From NCBI RefSeq assembly GCF_006345805.1, contig NW_021835311.1, forward strand, positions 1-47,301: 47,301 bases of DNA. The letters run 5' to 3'. Positions 10,591 through 23,268 of this stretch are shown here, one piece after another. The notes under the pieces were generated by a model. That model saw only the letters and a list, made by a program, of their open reading frames with translations, was not told the DNA's origin and made no database searches. The DNA comes from Octopus sinensis (lineage: Eukaryota). Position 1 is the first letter of the stretch. Every line of letters begins with the position of its first letter. The position numbers were made by a program, and so were the translations under genes.

Positions 10591-11152
10591 TCTGTCTGTC
10601 TGTCTGTGTGTCTTCTAGGATCTTGGGCATCCTCCATCCGCTTGCGCTCAAATTTGATATGTAGATACCGACGGTATCAGAGCGTGTATAAGTCTTGAAA
10701 AATTACAAAAATCGATTCCAGGTGAAAATACGATCAATAAAACCGCTTTTCTTTTGAATAGAAAAAAATTCTATCTTTATTTCTTCTTTTTGCTGGTGTC
10801 TCAAATTTAGGTTAAATCAGTGTTTCTCAAAGGGAGGCCTACAGGACGGTCGGACAAGTTATTTTGAGGAAATTTGGTTTAAATGTTTGACAATTCAGCA
10901 CGGGGGACGTTTTGCTCGTATTCAGTAAAACCTGAAACATGAACTTGTAAACCAGACCTATGAGGATACGAACCTATTGAAATATTTAACTAACTCATCA
11001 TAAAATTAACTCTCATTTCAATGTTTTATAACTTGAACCGTCAGTGAGCCAACGGGACGTATATATCGGTATTTCCCATTGAGCTCGAAACTCTGTGTCT
11101 GGATATCCGATAAAGGGCAACAGTGGGCAGATATGGGGGTTTTACACCTTTT

Positions 11153-11520
11153 TATCATAATCCTTTCTACTAAGGGCACAAGACCTGAAATTTGGGAGAT
11201 AGTCGATTACATCGACCCCAGTACACAGCTGGTATTTAATTTATCGACACCGAAAGGATTAAAAGCAAAGTCGATCTAGGTGGAATTTGAACTCAGAAAG
11301 TAGCGGCAGACGAAATACCTATTTCTTTACTGCCCACAAGGGGCTAAACACAGAGAAGACAAACAAGGACAGACAAAGGGATTAAGTCGATAACTGGTAC
11401 TTAATTTATCGACCCCGAAAGGATGAAAGGCAAAGTCGACCTCGGCGGAATTTGAACTCAGAACGTAGCGGCAGACGAAATACCGCTAAGCATTTCGCCA
11501 GTCTGCCAGCTCACCGCCTT
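11153..11520 (-). mobile_element. Dimeric tRNA-derived SINE family S1
   Basis: Two copies of the gagttcaaattcc...gtcgactttgcctttcatcctttcggggtcgataaattaagtaccag core, joined by the linker gtttgtc...cccttgtgggcagtaaagaaatagg. Confidence 0.9.
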
Positions 11521-11738
11521 ATGCCTTTTTATCATAATAAAATATTGTTTCTTCAAGGTAACTACAGTGAATTTAACATTAAAAATTGAAATATATCACA
11601 AATATATTTTAACTAACCTAAAGTTTGTATTTGTGCGTGTGTGCGTCACTGTGTGTTCGCGTGTGTGTGTGTGTACTTGTGTAAGCATTTATTTATATGT
11701 GCGTGTATGTGTGTTTTATTAATATCACTGAGTAACAA

Positions 11739-11772
<34 letters not shown>

Positions 11773-11914
11773 CTTTTGTCAGTGTGTTATTTCTTATTTG
11801 CTTCTATCTAGAAATCAAAGGAAATGACTACTATTCCCTTCCAAATTTGCTTTTCAATGCTTTGAAACTAATATATTTTCCATTACATTTCAGACTGTGT
11901 TGCTGAAGCAGAAA

Positions 11915-12100
11915 TATCGTTACAGCAAATATTCTACTCAATGCCACAGATTTTGCTTGTCATTTGCTTGACCTTAACAACTTGGGCATGTCCCTTAGCG
12001 GCTGACAATATGTATATCTCTAATGATAAGCAGGAGTAGTGAGGGAGTATCAAAGCCATGTGTTGAGAAAAATTCTTTGGGGTTTGAAGCGAAGTTTGAA
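11915..12100 (+). mobile_element. Partial, diverged copy of the about 560-bp (TAA)n-flanked repeat
   Basis: Aligns by eye to about 44035-44195 (cagcaaatattct..tcaat.ccacagattt.gcttgtca...gcatgtccct.agtggctgac). Confidence 0.8.
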
Positions 12101-12273
12101 GGAAATATTGGCAATTTTTCACAATTTATAAGGGTGAGCAAATAGGAAAACAGCTGCGACCCAAGAACAAAAACCCTGTTGCACTGTGTAATGGGCCAAG
12201 AGTTTCGAGCGCTGGCACTTATCATTGTATATGCGTGTTTATGTTTGCATATATGTATGTGTGTGTGTGTGTC

Positions 12274-12311
<38 letters not shown>

Positions 12312-12662
12312 CTATGAGAGAGAAAAGATGGAGTAAATGTGTTATGTGATGGCATTCGGACTTATATCTTTGAGTTCTTTGTCTGAAGTGGCCAGACCAT
12401 GTTGCTGTGAACTTGTCACCCCACTAGCCAGAAATATACACTTACAACATACATAAAGACATGTGTGTGTGCGTGCGTGTGTCTTTGCATGTATATATGT
12501 GTGTGCATATACACATACACACAGAACACACACACGGACACGCACACTCATATATATATATATATATACATATATACATACACGCGCTCACACACACACA
12601 CATATTAGCTCATCCAGCTTACACAGAGATGACACTCGTGCCCCTCCCCTCTAACCCAATAT

Positions 12663-12676
12663 GTAGCCATAGCAAC
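12663..12676 (+). promoter_or_regulatory. RFX X-box consensus match
   Basis: GTAGCCATAGCAAC fits GTHNYY-AT-RRNAAC and lies in non-repeat sequence. Confidence 0.35.
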
Positions 12677-13107
12677 TTATAGTCCATGATTGATATATTT
12701 TAGTAATCCATCCATACCCCTGGGACTACTAACATTACTATTGTTGATATTTCCCACTTTTCTCAATGGCCGTCAACACAACATTAAAGTCATCGTTTTT
12801 TTTTCTCTTTCTCTTTTTTACTCTTTTTTTTATTTCTTGTATTGTGTTCGTTTTTATTTAGTGTTTCTTTTTTTTCTTCTTTTTGCCTTTAACTGGTGAC
12901 ATGAAAGAAATTAGGGAGACATTTCCAACTTCTCTGTCTCCTTCTCCTGCATTTTCTCGCCTTTTCTCTCTTTTTCTCACTCTCACTCACTCTCTTTCTG
13001 TCTATCTGTCTGTTTCTCTCTCTCCTTCCCTCTCTCTCTCTCTTTCCCTCTCTCTTTCCCTTTCTCTATGCCTTTTCGATATCTTCTTGTCTCTTTGTGT
13101 GTCTCTC

Positions 13108-13152
<45 letters not shown>

Positions 13153-13730
13153 CTCTCTTCCTCTCTCTTCTCTCTCTCTCTCCACGCTGTATCTATCACG
13201 ACATATAAACGAGAGAATTCACTTATTGTAATCACATATAATGTTAACTACCGGTTATTGTTATCAGTGTCTTGTCATATATATATATAATATATATAAT
13301 ATATATATATATAGATATATATATTATATATATATATTATATATATATATAATATGTATATACAATATGTGTGTGCATGTATATACATATATATATACAC
13401 ACACAACAAAAAATACCATTTTTAAAATGTAATATACGTTGCAATACTTGACTGTCTAGAAATATTTCATTCTGTCCTTGCTTATCAAGCAATTTAGACA
13501 TCACTGGAATGGAAACCGTGGATGTACAGCTGTGATGAATTACGAAAGACTAAAACAGATAAATACATGCATGAAATGCAGACGGGGATAGAAAATTAAG
13601 GGAAGCTTAGGGGGTTAGTTTTGGTATAACAATTGCTCTTACGTGCAAGTGGTGCCTCTAAAATATTTATTCCCCAAACAGTTTTATTATTCTACACCAA
13701 ACAATGAGCGATGCCTTTAAAAAATATAAT

Positions 13731-13744
13731 AGGTCAGAAGGTCA
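13731..13744 (+). promoter_or_regulatory. Perfect nuclear-receptor DR2 element
   Basis: AGGTCA-GA-AGGTCA with an A/T-rich 5' flank, in an apparently unique-sequence island. Confidence 0.35.
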
Positions 13745-14202
13745 TTGCTGGAACGCTTGATCAAAGCTATTCTGGGACTAAACAACAACATTAATTTTAT
13801 AATAGCCATCTAAGTAACATACTTGTTGTAAATACATCATTTGAAGGCGAATTTACCTTGGTACTTGTTCGGAAATAACATCTGTTATGGACGCGCTATG
13901 TTTAAAAACCTAGTAAATATATTGGAGGAGGACGAAAGATCGTAACGCCAGAAAGAAGGGTAGTGAATGATTTTCACTGTTGTTTTCTGTACATCGGAGG
14001 CGAAAATTCTCGTCTAAGCAGCTGGAACGATTTTCATCAGTCTTCCATATAATTTGTGTTTTTTAAAGTAATGTTATCTTTGGACGAATACTTAGTAAAT
14101 TTGCCTTTCAACGATGTATGTACATTGAGTATGATGAATATATGGCTTCTTTAATTTACCTCTAGCATTGAGTTGCTTTTACTGCTACTATTGTTGTTGT
14201 TG

Positions 14203-14233
<31 letters not shown>

Positions 14234-14339
14234 GGTGGTGGTGGTGGTGGTGGTGGTGGTGGGAATAGTGGAGCTATTGCTGTCGTTACAGTTGTCGCAG
14301 TTGGTCATGATATTGTAATTATTAATCATGAATGCATAC

Positions 14340-14560
14340 ATATTCTTTTACTCTTCCAGTCTTTTACTTGTTTCAGTCATTTGACTGCGGCCATGCTGCA
14401 GCACCGCCTTTAGTCGAACAAATCACTCCAAAACTTATTCTTTGTAAGCCTAGTACTTATTTTATCGGGCGCTTTTGCCGGCCCGCTAAGTTACGGGGAC
14501 GTAAACAGACCAGCATCGGTTGTCAAGCGATGTTGGGGGACAAACACAGACACAAAAACA
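14340..14560 (-). mobile_element. SINE S2 tail
   Basis: cttttacttgtttcagtcatttgactgcggccatgctgcagcaccgcctttagtcgaac...ggggacaaacacagacac. Confidence 0.9.
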
Positions 14561-14618
14561 TGTGTGTGTATATATATATATATATATATAATATATATAT
14601 CACACACACACACACACA

Positions 14619-14674
<56 letters not shown>

Positions 14675-14706
14675 ATGTACATCTAAATATATATATATAC
14701 ATATAG

Positions 14707-14747
<41 letters not shown>

Positions 14748-14786
14748 GTGTGTATGTATGAATGTATATCTAAATATATATATATA

Positions 14787-14940
14787 GTTGAAATTTACAG
14801 AAAAGCAAAAGACGAAGACAGGTGTATAAACAACAAGCAGGTATACTAGTTTGACGCTCGGGAAGGTGAGAAAGTATTTTATGTTTTGAGCTTAAGTTCT
14901 TCAACACAAAGAAACACGATGAAATAAACAGAGAGGGAAT
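14787..14940 (-). mobile_element. Degraded relative of pLTR-like family A (hammerhead eroded)
   Basis: The minus strand tctttgtgttgaagaacttaagctcaaaacataaaatac aligns to the family A HHR. A related fragment lies at 25318-25412. Confidence 0.6.
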
Positions 14941-14962
14941 ATATGTACACAAATATATATAT

Positions 14963-15435
14963 ACTAGCAGTATCGCCCGGCGTTGCTCGGGTTTGTAAGG
15001 GAAATAACTATATAAGCATTTTTAGAGAGTTACTTCCCTTATAGATGCCAATTCGGGCTTTCTTAGCCGTTTCTGTTTTGGTGTCTTCAAGCCATGAAGT
15101 CGTTGTTCTAAAAGAACGCTGGTCTCCTTGACAACGCATTACGACGTTGATTTCCTTACACTCTTCCCCACAGGTGCAGGTGTGAGCGTGGACGCCAACT
15201 CCGCCGCCATCGACACACGAAAAATTATGCATTAAAATGGAATAAAAAATGATTTAATATTTTTAAAATCGTAGACTCATCGTAGACGCGCGCTAATAGC
15301 CAGACGGGCTTGATATTAATCACGACTATAAGATACCCGAATTTGGTTAAACTGCACCGCAAAATGTGGGAGTAGTTAGGAATCTAAATCGAAGGGGACA
15401 GACACTCACACAACTAGAGTTTTATATATATAGAT
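14963..15435 (+). mobile_element. Non-autonomous Helitron/Helentron-associated (HINE, DINE-1-like) element
   Basis: 5' ACTAGC..TCGCCCGGCGTTGCTCGGG and 3' gacagacactcacac...ttttatatatatagat ends are typical of this class. It is inserted in TA-rich sequence. Confidence 0.65.
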
Positions 15436-15708
15436 ATGAGGATGAGGATGAGTGTAGCAATGGCGGTAATGTGGATAGACACGAAGATGACTGAAGGTGG
15501 CGCTGGTGATCGGGATGGGAATGGCTTTTGTATACAAGTTGTAGCAACTGACGAGGACGATGATGACGATGATGATGTTGATGATGACGATGATGACGAT
15601 GGTGATGATGATGGTGGTGGTGGTGATGGTGAAGATGATGATGATGATGATGATGATGACGACGACGACGACGATGATGATGATGATGGTGGTGGAGGTG
15701 ATGGTGAA

Positions 15709-15746
<38 letters not shown>

Positions 15747-15988
15747 CGACGACGACGACGATAATGATGATGATCGTGAATAGGCTGATATTGTTATTGG
15801 TGTTTAATTCAATGTCGCTATTGTTGTTGTTTTTGTTCTGCCGCCCATGACGGTTGTTGATGTCAATGTTGTTGTTGTTGTAACGGTGGTGGTGTCGGTG
15901 GTGTGGTGTGCATGCAGTGGAGAAATTTTATTTACAACTGTGTTGTTTGAATGGTTGAACTTCTACTGGCGATAGTGGTAGTGATAGC

Positions 15989-16033
<45 letters not shown>

Positions 16034-16421
16034 TGTTTGGTTGGTGGTAGTGTGGTTGTGGTGGTGGCAGTGTTATTGGTGGTACAGGGTGCACAGGTGA
16101 CGATACTGGTGATGGTTGTGGTGGTGATTGTGGTACTGGTGATGGTTGTGGTTGTGGTTGTGGTGGTGGTAGTGGTCGGGTCGTCGTCGTCGTTGTTTTT
16201 ACAGTTGTTATATTTTCTTATATCTGCTGTAGTAACAACCCCGGTGATCTCAGCATTTGTTTTGTTGTTTTACAGTTAATGTTACAGTCATTGTTGTTGT
16301 TGATATTGTTCTTCTACTACTACTACTACGAAGTTTTACAAATTGATCTTTTCCTCTCCACTTCTACTTCAAATAATAATAAGATAATGCTGATGATGAC
16401 GAATTGCTGTTGTTATTGTTG

Positions 16422-16453
<32 letters not shown>

Positions 16454-16460
16454 GTTGTTG
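15436..16460. repeat. Mixed trinucleotide microsatellite tract (GAT, GAC, GGT, GTA, GTT, TTA)
   Basis: Direct reading; explains the poly-D/M/V ORFs. Confidence 0.95.
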
Positions 16461-16903
16461 TTGTTGCTGTTGGCTGTCATTGATTGCTAATATCCTTTCC
16501 TTAACGTATCAACTTTCGTTATTAGTATATCCTTTAGGTGGGATGAGATGCCTGGTAGATGGGGATGTATTAACGGCGATGGAGAAGATGAGTTGGAAGT
16601 AGAGGGAACATGAGAAAGAGGAGGGGGGATGAGGGGGAGGAGGAGGGGTGGGGGTGGAACAGTGAAGTTGAGAATTAGGTGAAGGAGGAGAACGAGACGG
16701 TAAGTCAATGGCCGTCGGGCAGCGAAGAGATAACGTCATCAGATCAACTATGGTTCAACTGTGTTATTATTTATTGTATGGCGGTGTCAGCATTTGAAAC
16801 CTGATACTTGCTGTTTGAAAACTTCTTACACATCATCCTAAGTTTCTGTTCTCTCCCCCCCCCCGCCTTCCACCCTCTTTCACGCCCTCTACGCACACAT
16901 ATA

Positions 16904-17103
16904 GGCACAAGGCCTGAAGTTTCGAGGGAAGGGGGCCAGGCAATAAATGGACCCCAGTGCTCAACTGGTACTTAGTTCATCCACTTTGAAAGGATGAAAG
17001 ACAAGGTTGACTTCAGCGGAATTTGAACTCGGAACGTAAAGACGGACGAAATGCTGCTAAGCATTTGTTCATAGTGTTAACGATTCTACCTTCCCACCGC
17101 CTT
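16904..17103 (-). mobile_element. SINE S1 monomer
   Basis: Has the gaatttgaactc B-box complement, the aaaggatgaaag core and ccaccgcctta at the 5' end. Confidence 0.85.
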
Positions 17104-17533
17104 ACTGTATGTGTGTGTGTGAGTGTGCAGTGTATATATATGTATATATATATATTAGTTATCGCCATACTAATATGGCATTCTTATAAAAATAAGAATA
17201 AAGCTGACCGCTTATTAGCTCCATGAGGCCATCGCCTTAAGTTAGCTATTTTAGAGAGACTTAGTAATTTTAATATTTCTATTATATATATATATATGGA
17301 AAAAAAAGTAAAGATAGAAAATGCTAATATAATTTTATAAAAAACATTTCAGTACCGGTTTCAGTCATTAAGACTTTTTCAACTCTAAGTATAGAAAACA
17401 ATTAAATTTAGAAAAATTAAAAGAAAGGTTTTTTTAAAAGAATATTTGTATAGTGTTCAAATACAAGTGTCATTTTCCTTGTTTCTTCCTGTCTCTTTCT
17501 CTCTTGTTTACTCTTGTGCGTTCGAGGTCGTTA

Positions 17534-17586
<53 letters not shown>

Positions 17587-18061
17587 TATACACATATATA
17601 TATATATATACTTCTATAAGGATAAAATTTTTCAAAATATAATTTTATCAGTGGCCAGCATATTAAAATACCTTTCAACGTGAAAATATATTGTTTATAT
17701 ATGTGTGTGTATATATGTGCGTGTGTGAGAAAGAAATGGTTTTGAGGTCTTTTGATATTTTAACCTTATTTCAGAACAACTGTTCTTCAATACTTTCTCT
17801 TGGTTCAATCTTCATAGCACCAGCCATCCGTTTCCTATTGAATTCATTTATATTATATTTTATATTTTTATGTTTTTGTTCTGTACTTTATACATTTTTT
17901 ATTTAATATGATTACTTCTTCTCCTATCCTTTCCTATTTTTTTGTTAACATTAAGGATGGTCAAATTCTCTGAACTCAGGTCCAGTACCCATACATTGCA
18001 AATGTAACGATTAAATTTTTATGTATACTTAGAGATGTAGCATTCGTGTAACCATGATCTT

Positions 18062-18224
18062 CTGGTAATCTGATGAGCGACCTTCCTTTATCTGCACTCA
18101 ATTCTATATTATACAATTGTATTGTATAATACATAGCATTCATATTAGTGCTGGCATGAAAAATCATTTAATATGCACTGGAATTATTATTACTTGAGGA
18201 AAGCCGTGAAACGGCCGTAATCAT
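18062..18224 (+). ncRNA. Type I hammerhead motif with very long helix II (probably degenerate)
   Basis: gtaat-CTGATGA(18070-18076)-gcgaccttcc...ggaaagccgt-GAAAC-GGCC-GTA(18217-18219)-atcat. There is an 11-bp perfect hairpin at 18107-18131 and helix I pairs at 4 of 5 positions. Confidence 0.6.
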
Positions 18225-18339
18225 ACTGGCTAGAAATGGTTTAATAAATATATTCAACCCTCATACCCACTGACTTTTTTTTATTTATATGTATGTGTGT
18301 GTGTATTTATGCGTGTATGTTTGCTTGTATGTATGTACA

Positions 18340-19720
18340 AGAGAACTCATAATTTAGGAGCAATAAGAAGGAAAAAGGCCACTTTACAGTAAAAGCAGAA
18401 ACTTCAAAGCCATTACTTTTTGCTTTCTGTTGCCGATGTTCGAACGATGACTATTATCAAGGATACGCCTGTTATAAGATGGTATAATCGAATAAACGAT
18501 AAACGATATTTCAAATTCACGCAGTTATTCTACCATTCTGTAATCCTATGACTGAAACTCTGCTCCACATAGCCTTGACTTCCACCAACAAATTCGCACA
18601 ATTTAGTAAATCTGTCATTAAAATCATTGAGCACCTAAAGAAATTCCTCGCGGTTTTCGATACCTCATTCTGAGTTTTAAAAATCTGAGACGTATTGGAT
18701 CCTAAGAGATCCCAGATTGAGGATGAATTGTACAAATTTATTGGAATTTATTTTTTACACATTTTGCATAAAATATTTCTTTGTTTGCGAGGAGGATTAT
18801 ACAGACAATAAAACCTAATAATTTCGCGCAATAAGAACAGACGCGAGTTAGATTTTCTGATATCGAGTAATTTGAGAAATGGGTTAGAGAAATAGTATCA
18901 TTTATGCTCAGGATATTAATGTAGACTTTGTGATAAACAAATTATATTCTAACCGAAAGCTTAAGGAATAATTCAAAGCAAATTTAGTCCCCAGAGTGTA
19001 TCCTCCAAATTTTTAGACGCGAAGCCACATAATAGATTATATTCTGATAACATAAAATAAAAACCCATACTAACGTTTCCAGAAATGAAAATAGATTAAG
19101 AAATATTCTATGGTATAATCCAGTTAATAGTTTCAACACTCATATGCATCTTCTCAGCTAATTTCCTTTTTAATATTGGATACACTATAAATATCATAAA
19201 ATTTAAATGGTAATACGATTAAAGTAAGCTACTCTTGTTAGAAACATTTTGCACGTTCGATTAACCATTTTAATTCAGGAAGATCTTCAATGACAACTAT
19301 ACAGTATTGCCTCCAGTATGTAAATGCATCATCCCCAAGCTTATTGCTCTCTTAACAGCAATTGTATTTCGAGTTTTCGGATCTGTAATACTAAAACTCT
19401 AACCTGACAATACTAATACTTCCAAAAATTATATCAACTTGATCAAAATATGCTCATCAAAATGTCCATAGTATTCAGCGATGTGAAAAGCAATTTGCCA
19501 CAAGTCTCCTCAAGCACATTGAGGTTTCTAAAGAATCAGACTACGTGACATCTATCTCCAGTGGTTGGTTTTCACTCGTACAATTTTTCATGTAAATTAT
19601 TAGGTTTTGCTCATATCTCCGTTGCAAGGGTTGTTTTAGCCAGAAATTATCTGTATTCTTTCAAGGAAAAGATACACTTAGTGAACGCTCGGAAACGTCC
19701 TGTTATTTGAGGTATGCTTT
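18340..19720 (+). mobile_element. Heavily decayed Penelope-like element (RT plus GIY-YIG region)
   Basis: Colinear remnants: KDTPVIRWYNRI (from 18459), TETLLHIAL..IKIIEHLKK (about 18550-18645), FIGIYFLH..GGLYRQ* (18791-18811, GLYRDD-like), RNILWYNP (19099-19122), NGNTIKVSYSC (19206-19238), RCKGCFSQKL (19620-19649), LSERSETSC (19677-19703). Confidence 0.75.
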
Positions 19721-19974
19721 GAAGTTTCTACTCCACGAATACCTCATAACGATTTATTCTTGTAGCCCAACACGGTGAAATCATTGAATAAAGAAGGAAG
19801 ACCCAGAAAGAATGATGATTGGATGAAATGTTGCAACTGAAAACCCCTTTCATGAGTTTATTGCCCTCAAACAATTATCAACTGATACATCATAAATATT
19901 AAATTTCAACTATCAACTTGAAGTAGCATGTTTACATATTTACTATATGCACACATCGTTTCCATAACAACAAA

Positions 19975-20185
19975 TACATACATTCATACACACATACATA
20001 CATACATACATACATGCATACATGCATACATACATACATACATACATACATACATACATACATACATACACACATACATACATGTCTGCATGCATGCATA
20101 CAAGCATACATACATACATACATGCATACATGCATACATACATACATACATACATACATACATACATACATACATACATACATAC
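19975..20185. repeat. (TACA)n microsatellite
   Basis: Direct reading. Confidence 0.98.
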
Positions 20186-20333
20186 GTGCATAGAAAGTAT
20201 GGGGTTCAGTTCACACGCTAGGTAAGTGCTGTAAGTGGTTATTAGGGCTCCGAGGTTATAGCCGAGACGGTTGTTTTGGAGCCTGTGGAGATTTCCGATG
20301 CAGCTGATATGTAATTGTTAGAGGACAACAAAC

Positions 20334-20446
20334 ATTAAGGCAAGGCAAACATCTCAAATCGCATACAATAATGGAAAAAATTCAAATAAGAATTTTTTCC
20401 AATAATAATATTGTGCACGACTTGAGATATTTTGCTTTGCCTTAAT
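20334..20446. repeat. Diverged fold-back hairpin (about 50-bp arms, 6-nt loop)
   Basis: attaaggcaaggcaaacatctcaaatcg...tggaaaaaattc / gaattttttcca...cgacttgagatattttgctttgccttaat. Confidence 0.8.
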
Positions 20447-20475
20447 CTTTGTTTTTCATTTTAACAATTATACAT

Positions 20476-20534
<59 letters not shown>

Positions 20535-20554
20535 ACATATTTATATGTACAACG

Positions 20555-20715
20555 CAGGCGTGGCTGTGTGGTAAGAAGCTTGCTTCCCAAACACATCGCT
20601 CCGGATTCAGTCCTACTGCATGACACTTAGGACAAGTGTCTGTTACTATAGCCTCGGGCTGACCGAAGCTTTGTGAGTGGGTTTGGTAGCCAGAAACTAA
20701 AAGAAGGTCGTCGTA
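20555..20715 (+). mobile_element. SINE S2 tRNA-like head
   Basis: gcgtggctgtgtggtaagaagcttgcttccc...ggattcagtcctactgc has A-box-like and B-box-like motifs. Confidence 0.85.
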
Positions 20716-20745
20716 TATATACATATATACATGAATATATATATA

Positions 20746-21639
<894 letters not shown>

Positions 21640-21715
21640 CAAAGCAATTGGAACTATCTCCAATATTTCATGAGTATAACCTCACCCACTAAGATGTCTA
21701 GAGAACTCAAATGTA

Positions 21716-21806
21716 TTTTAGCTGATGAGTACGGGACACTTTTATATCTGCTGCAATTTTTGCAACTTGTAATAAAGCCTGTCTTGTATGAACAATTGTA
21801 CTAAAA
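21716..21806 (+). ncRNA. Type I hammerhead motif (one A missing from GAAA)
   Basis: ttttag-CTGATGA(21722-21728)-gtacgggaca...tgtcttgtat-GAAC-AATT-GTA(21798-21800)-ctaaaa. Helix I is 6 bp, helix II is 10 bp and helix III is the palindrome ACAATTGT. Confidence 0.72.
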
Positions 21807-21949
21807 ACTAATCCATTCTTGTTGCTCTTTCTCGTGTATATATATATATATATATATATATTCATAAATAAGGGCAAACGAAAAATTTCTAGTGCTAAAT
21901 ATGCCGAAAAATTGGACATATATATATATATATATATATTTGCATATTT

Positions 21950-22162
21950 GCGTGTCTGTGTTTGTCCCCCACAATCAATGGACAACAGATGTTCGTGTGT
22001 TTACCTCCCCGTAGCTTAGCGGTTCGGCAAAAAAAAAACGATAGAATTAGTAATAGGCTTATAAAGAATAAGTACTGGGGTCGATTTGTTCAACTGAAGG
22101 TGGTGCTCTAGCATGGCCGCAGTCAAATGACTGAAACAAGTGAAAAATTAAAGAATAAAAGA
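21950..22162 (+). mobile_element. SINE S2 tail
   Basis: gtttgtcccc...ttagcggttcggcaaaa...gctctagcatggccgcagtcaaatgactgaaacaag. Confidence 0.9.
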
Positions 22163-22339
22163 ATATATATATACGCCTACTATGTAGCATTTTGTTAAGC
22201 TCTCCTATTTACCAAGTAGGGTTACAATATTCGATAATAATATTTTAGAAGCCAAATCTAATGTTCTGTCTTTCGCAATCGTCCGCCAATTGGCAACGTG
22301 AAAGTCGGAATGATCTGAGAAAATTCAGCTTCCAATAAA

Positions 22340-22417
22340 TTATATGTGGATTTGTGTGTAGGTGTATGTGTCCATATGGATGAGTGTGAATACATACATA
22401 AATACACACATACATAC

Positions 22418-22448
<31 letters not shown>

Positions 22449-22479
22449 TGTATGTATGTATGTAGACAGACGGACAGAC

Positions 22480-22568
<89 letters not shown>

Positions 22569-22677
22569 TGAGTCACAGAAACAGACGGTTAGATAGATTT
22601 TACTTTCCCATTCGTGATGAAAGATCTTTCATATTTTGTCTACCAACCTTAAATTCTACTTGGGGGATCTAACGCTA

Positions 22678-22714
<37 letters not shown>

Positions 22715-22950
22715 ACACACACACACAGACACACAAATACACACAGACACACAGACATACACAGACACACAGACACACGCATACACACACATATACATAT
22801 ATATATACATATATGTATATGCTTGCATGTATGCACATATATATAAATATATATACATGCATATGCATATAAACATATATATTTACCATTTATGAGAATA
22901 GCATACACACACACACACACAAATATGCATATAGATATGTATATATATAT

Positions 22951-22985
<35 letters not shown>

Positions 22986-23146
22986 GGATGTATATACATA
23001 TATATGTGTTTATATATATTTATATATGTATACATATACATATATGTGTGTGTGTGTATACATATATATATATATATATATATAATACATATATATATAT
23101 ATTCTATATATACATATCTATATATATATATAATATATTATATATG

Positions 23147-23189
<43 letters not shown>

Positions 23190-23216
23190 CATATATTATA
23201 TATATACATATATATA

Positions 23217-23268
<52 letters not shown>

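Noticed and set aside
10818-10831. hAT-like TIR start CAGTGTTTCTCAAA
   Set aside because: No matching opposite TIR or 8-bp target duplication was found.
13857-13909. 53-nt minus-strand exon candidate (tttactag|...CAAG|gtaaat)
   Set aside because: Only one frame is open, it has no homology, and its phase does not match the 23699 donor; such sites are expected by chance.
16539-16699. Plus-strand exon candidate with a perfect GTAAGT donor
   Set aside because: All three frames have stop codons and there is no other support.
18517-19340. Minus-strand peptides resembling a hAT transposase or a host exon (VLNDFNDRFTKL, DAFTYWRQ)
   Set aside because: They are antisense to the PLE remnants on the plus strand, which explain the region colinearly.
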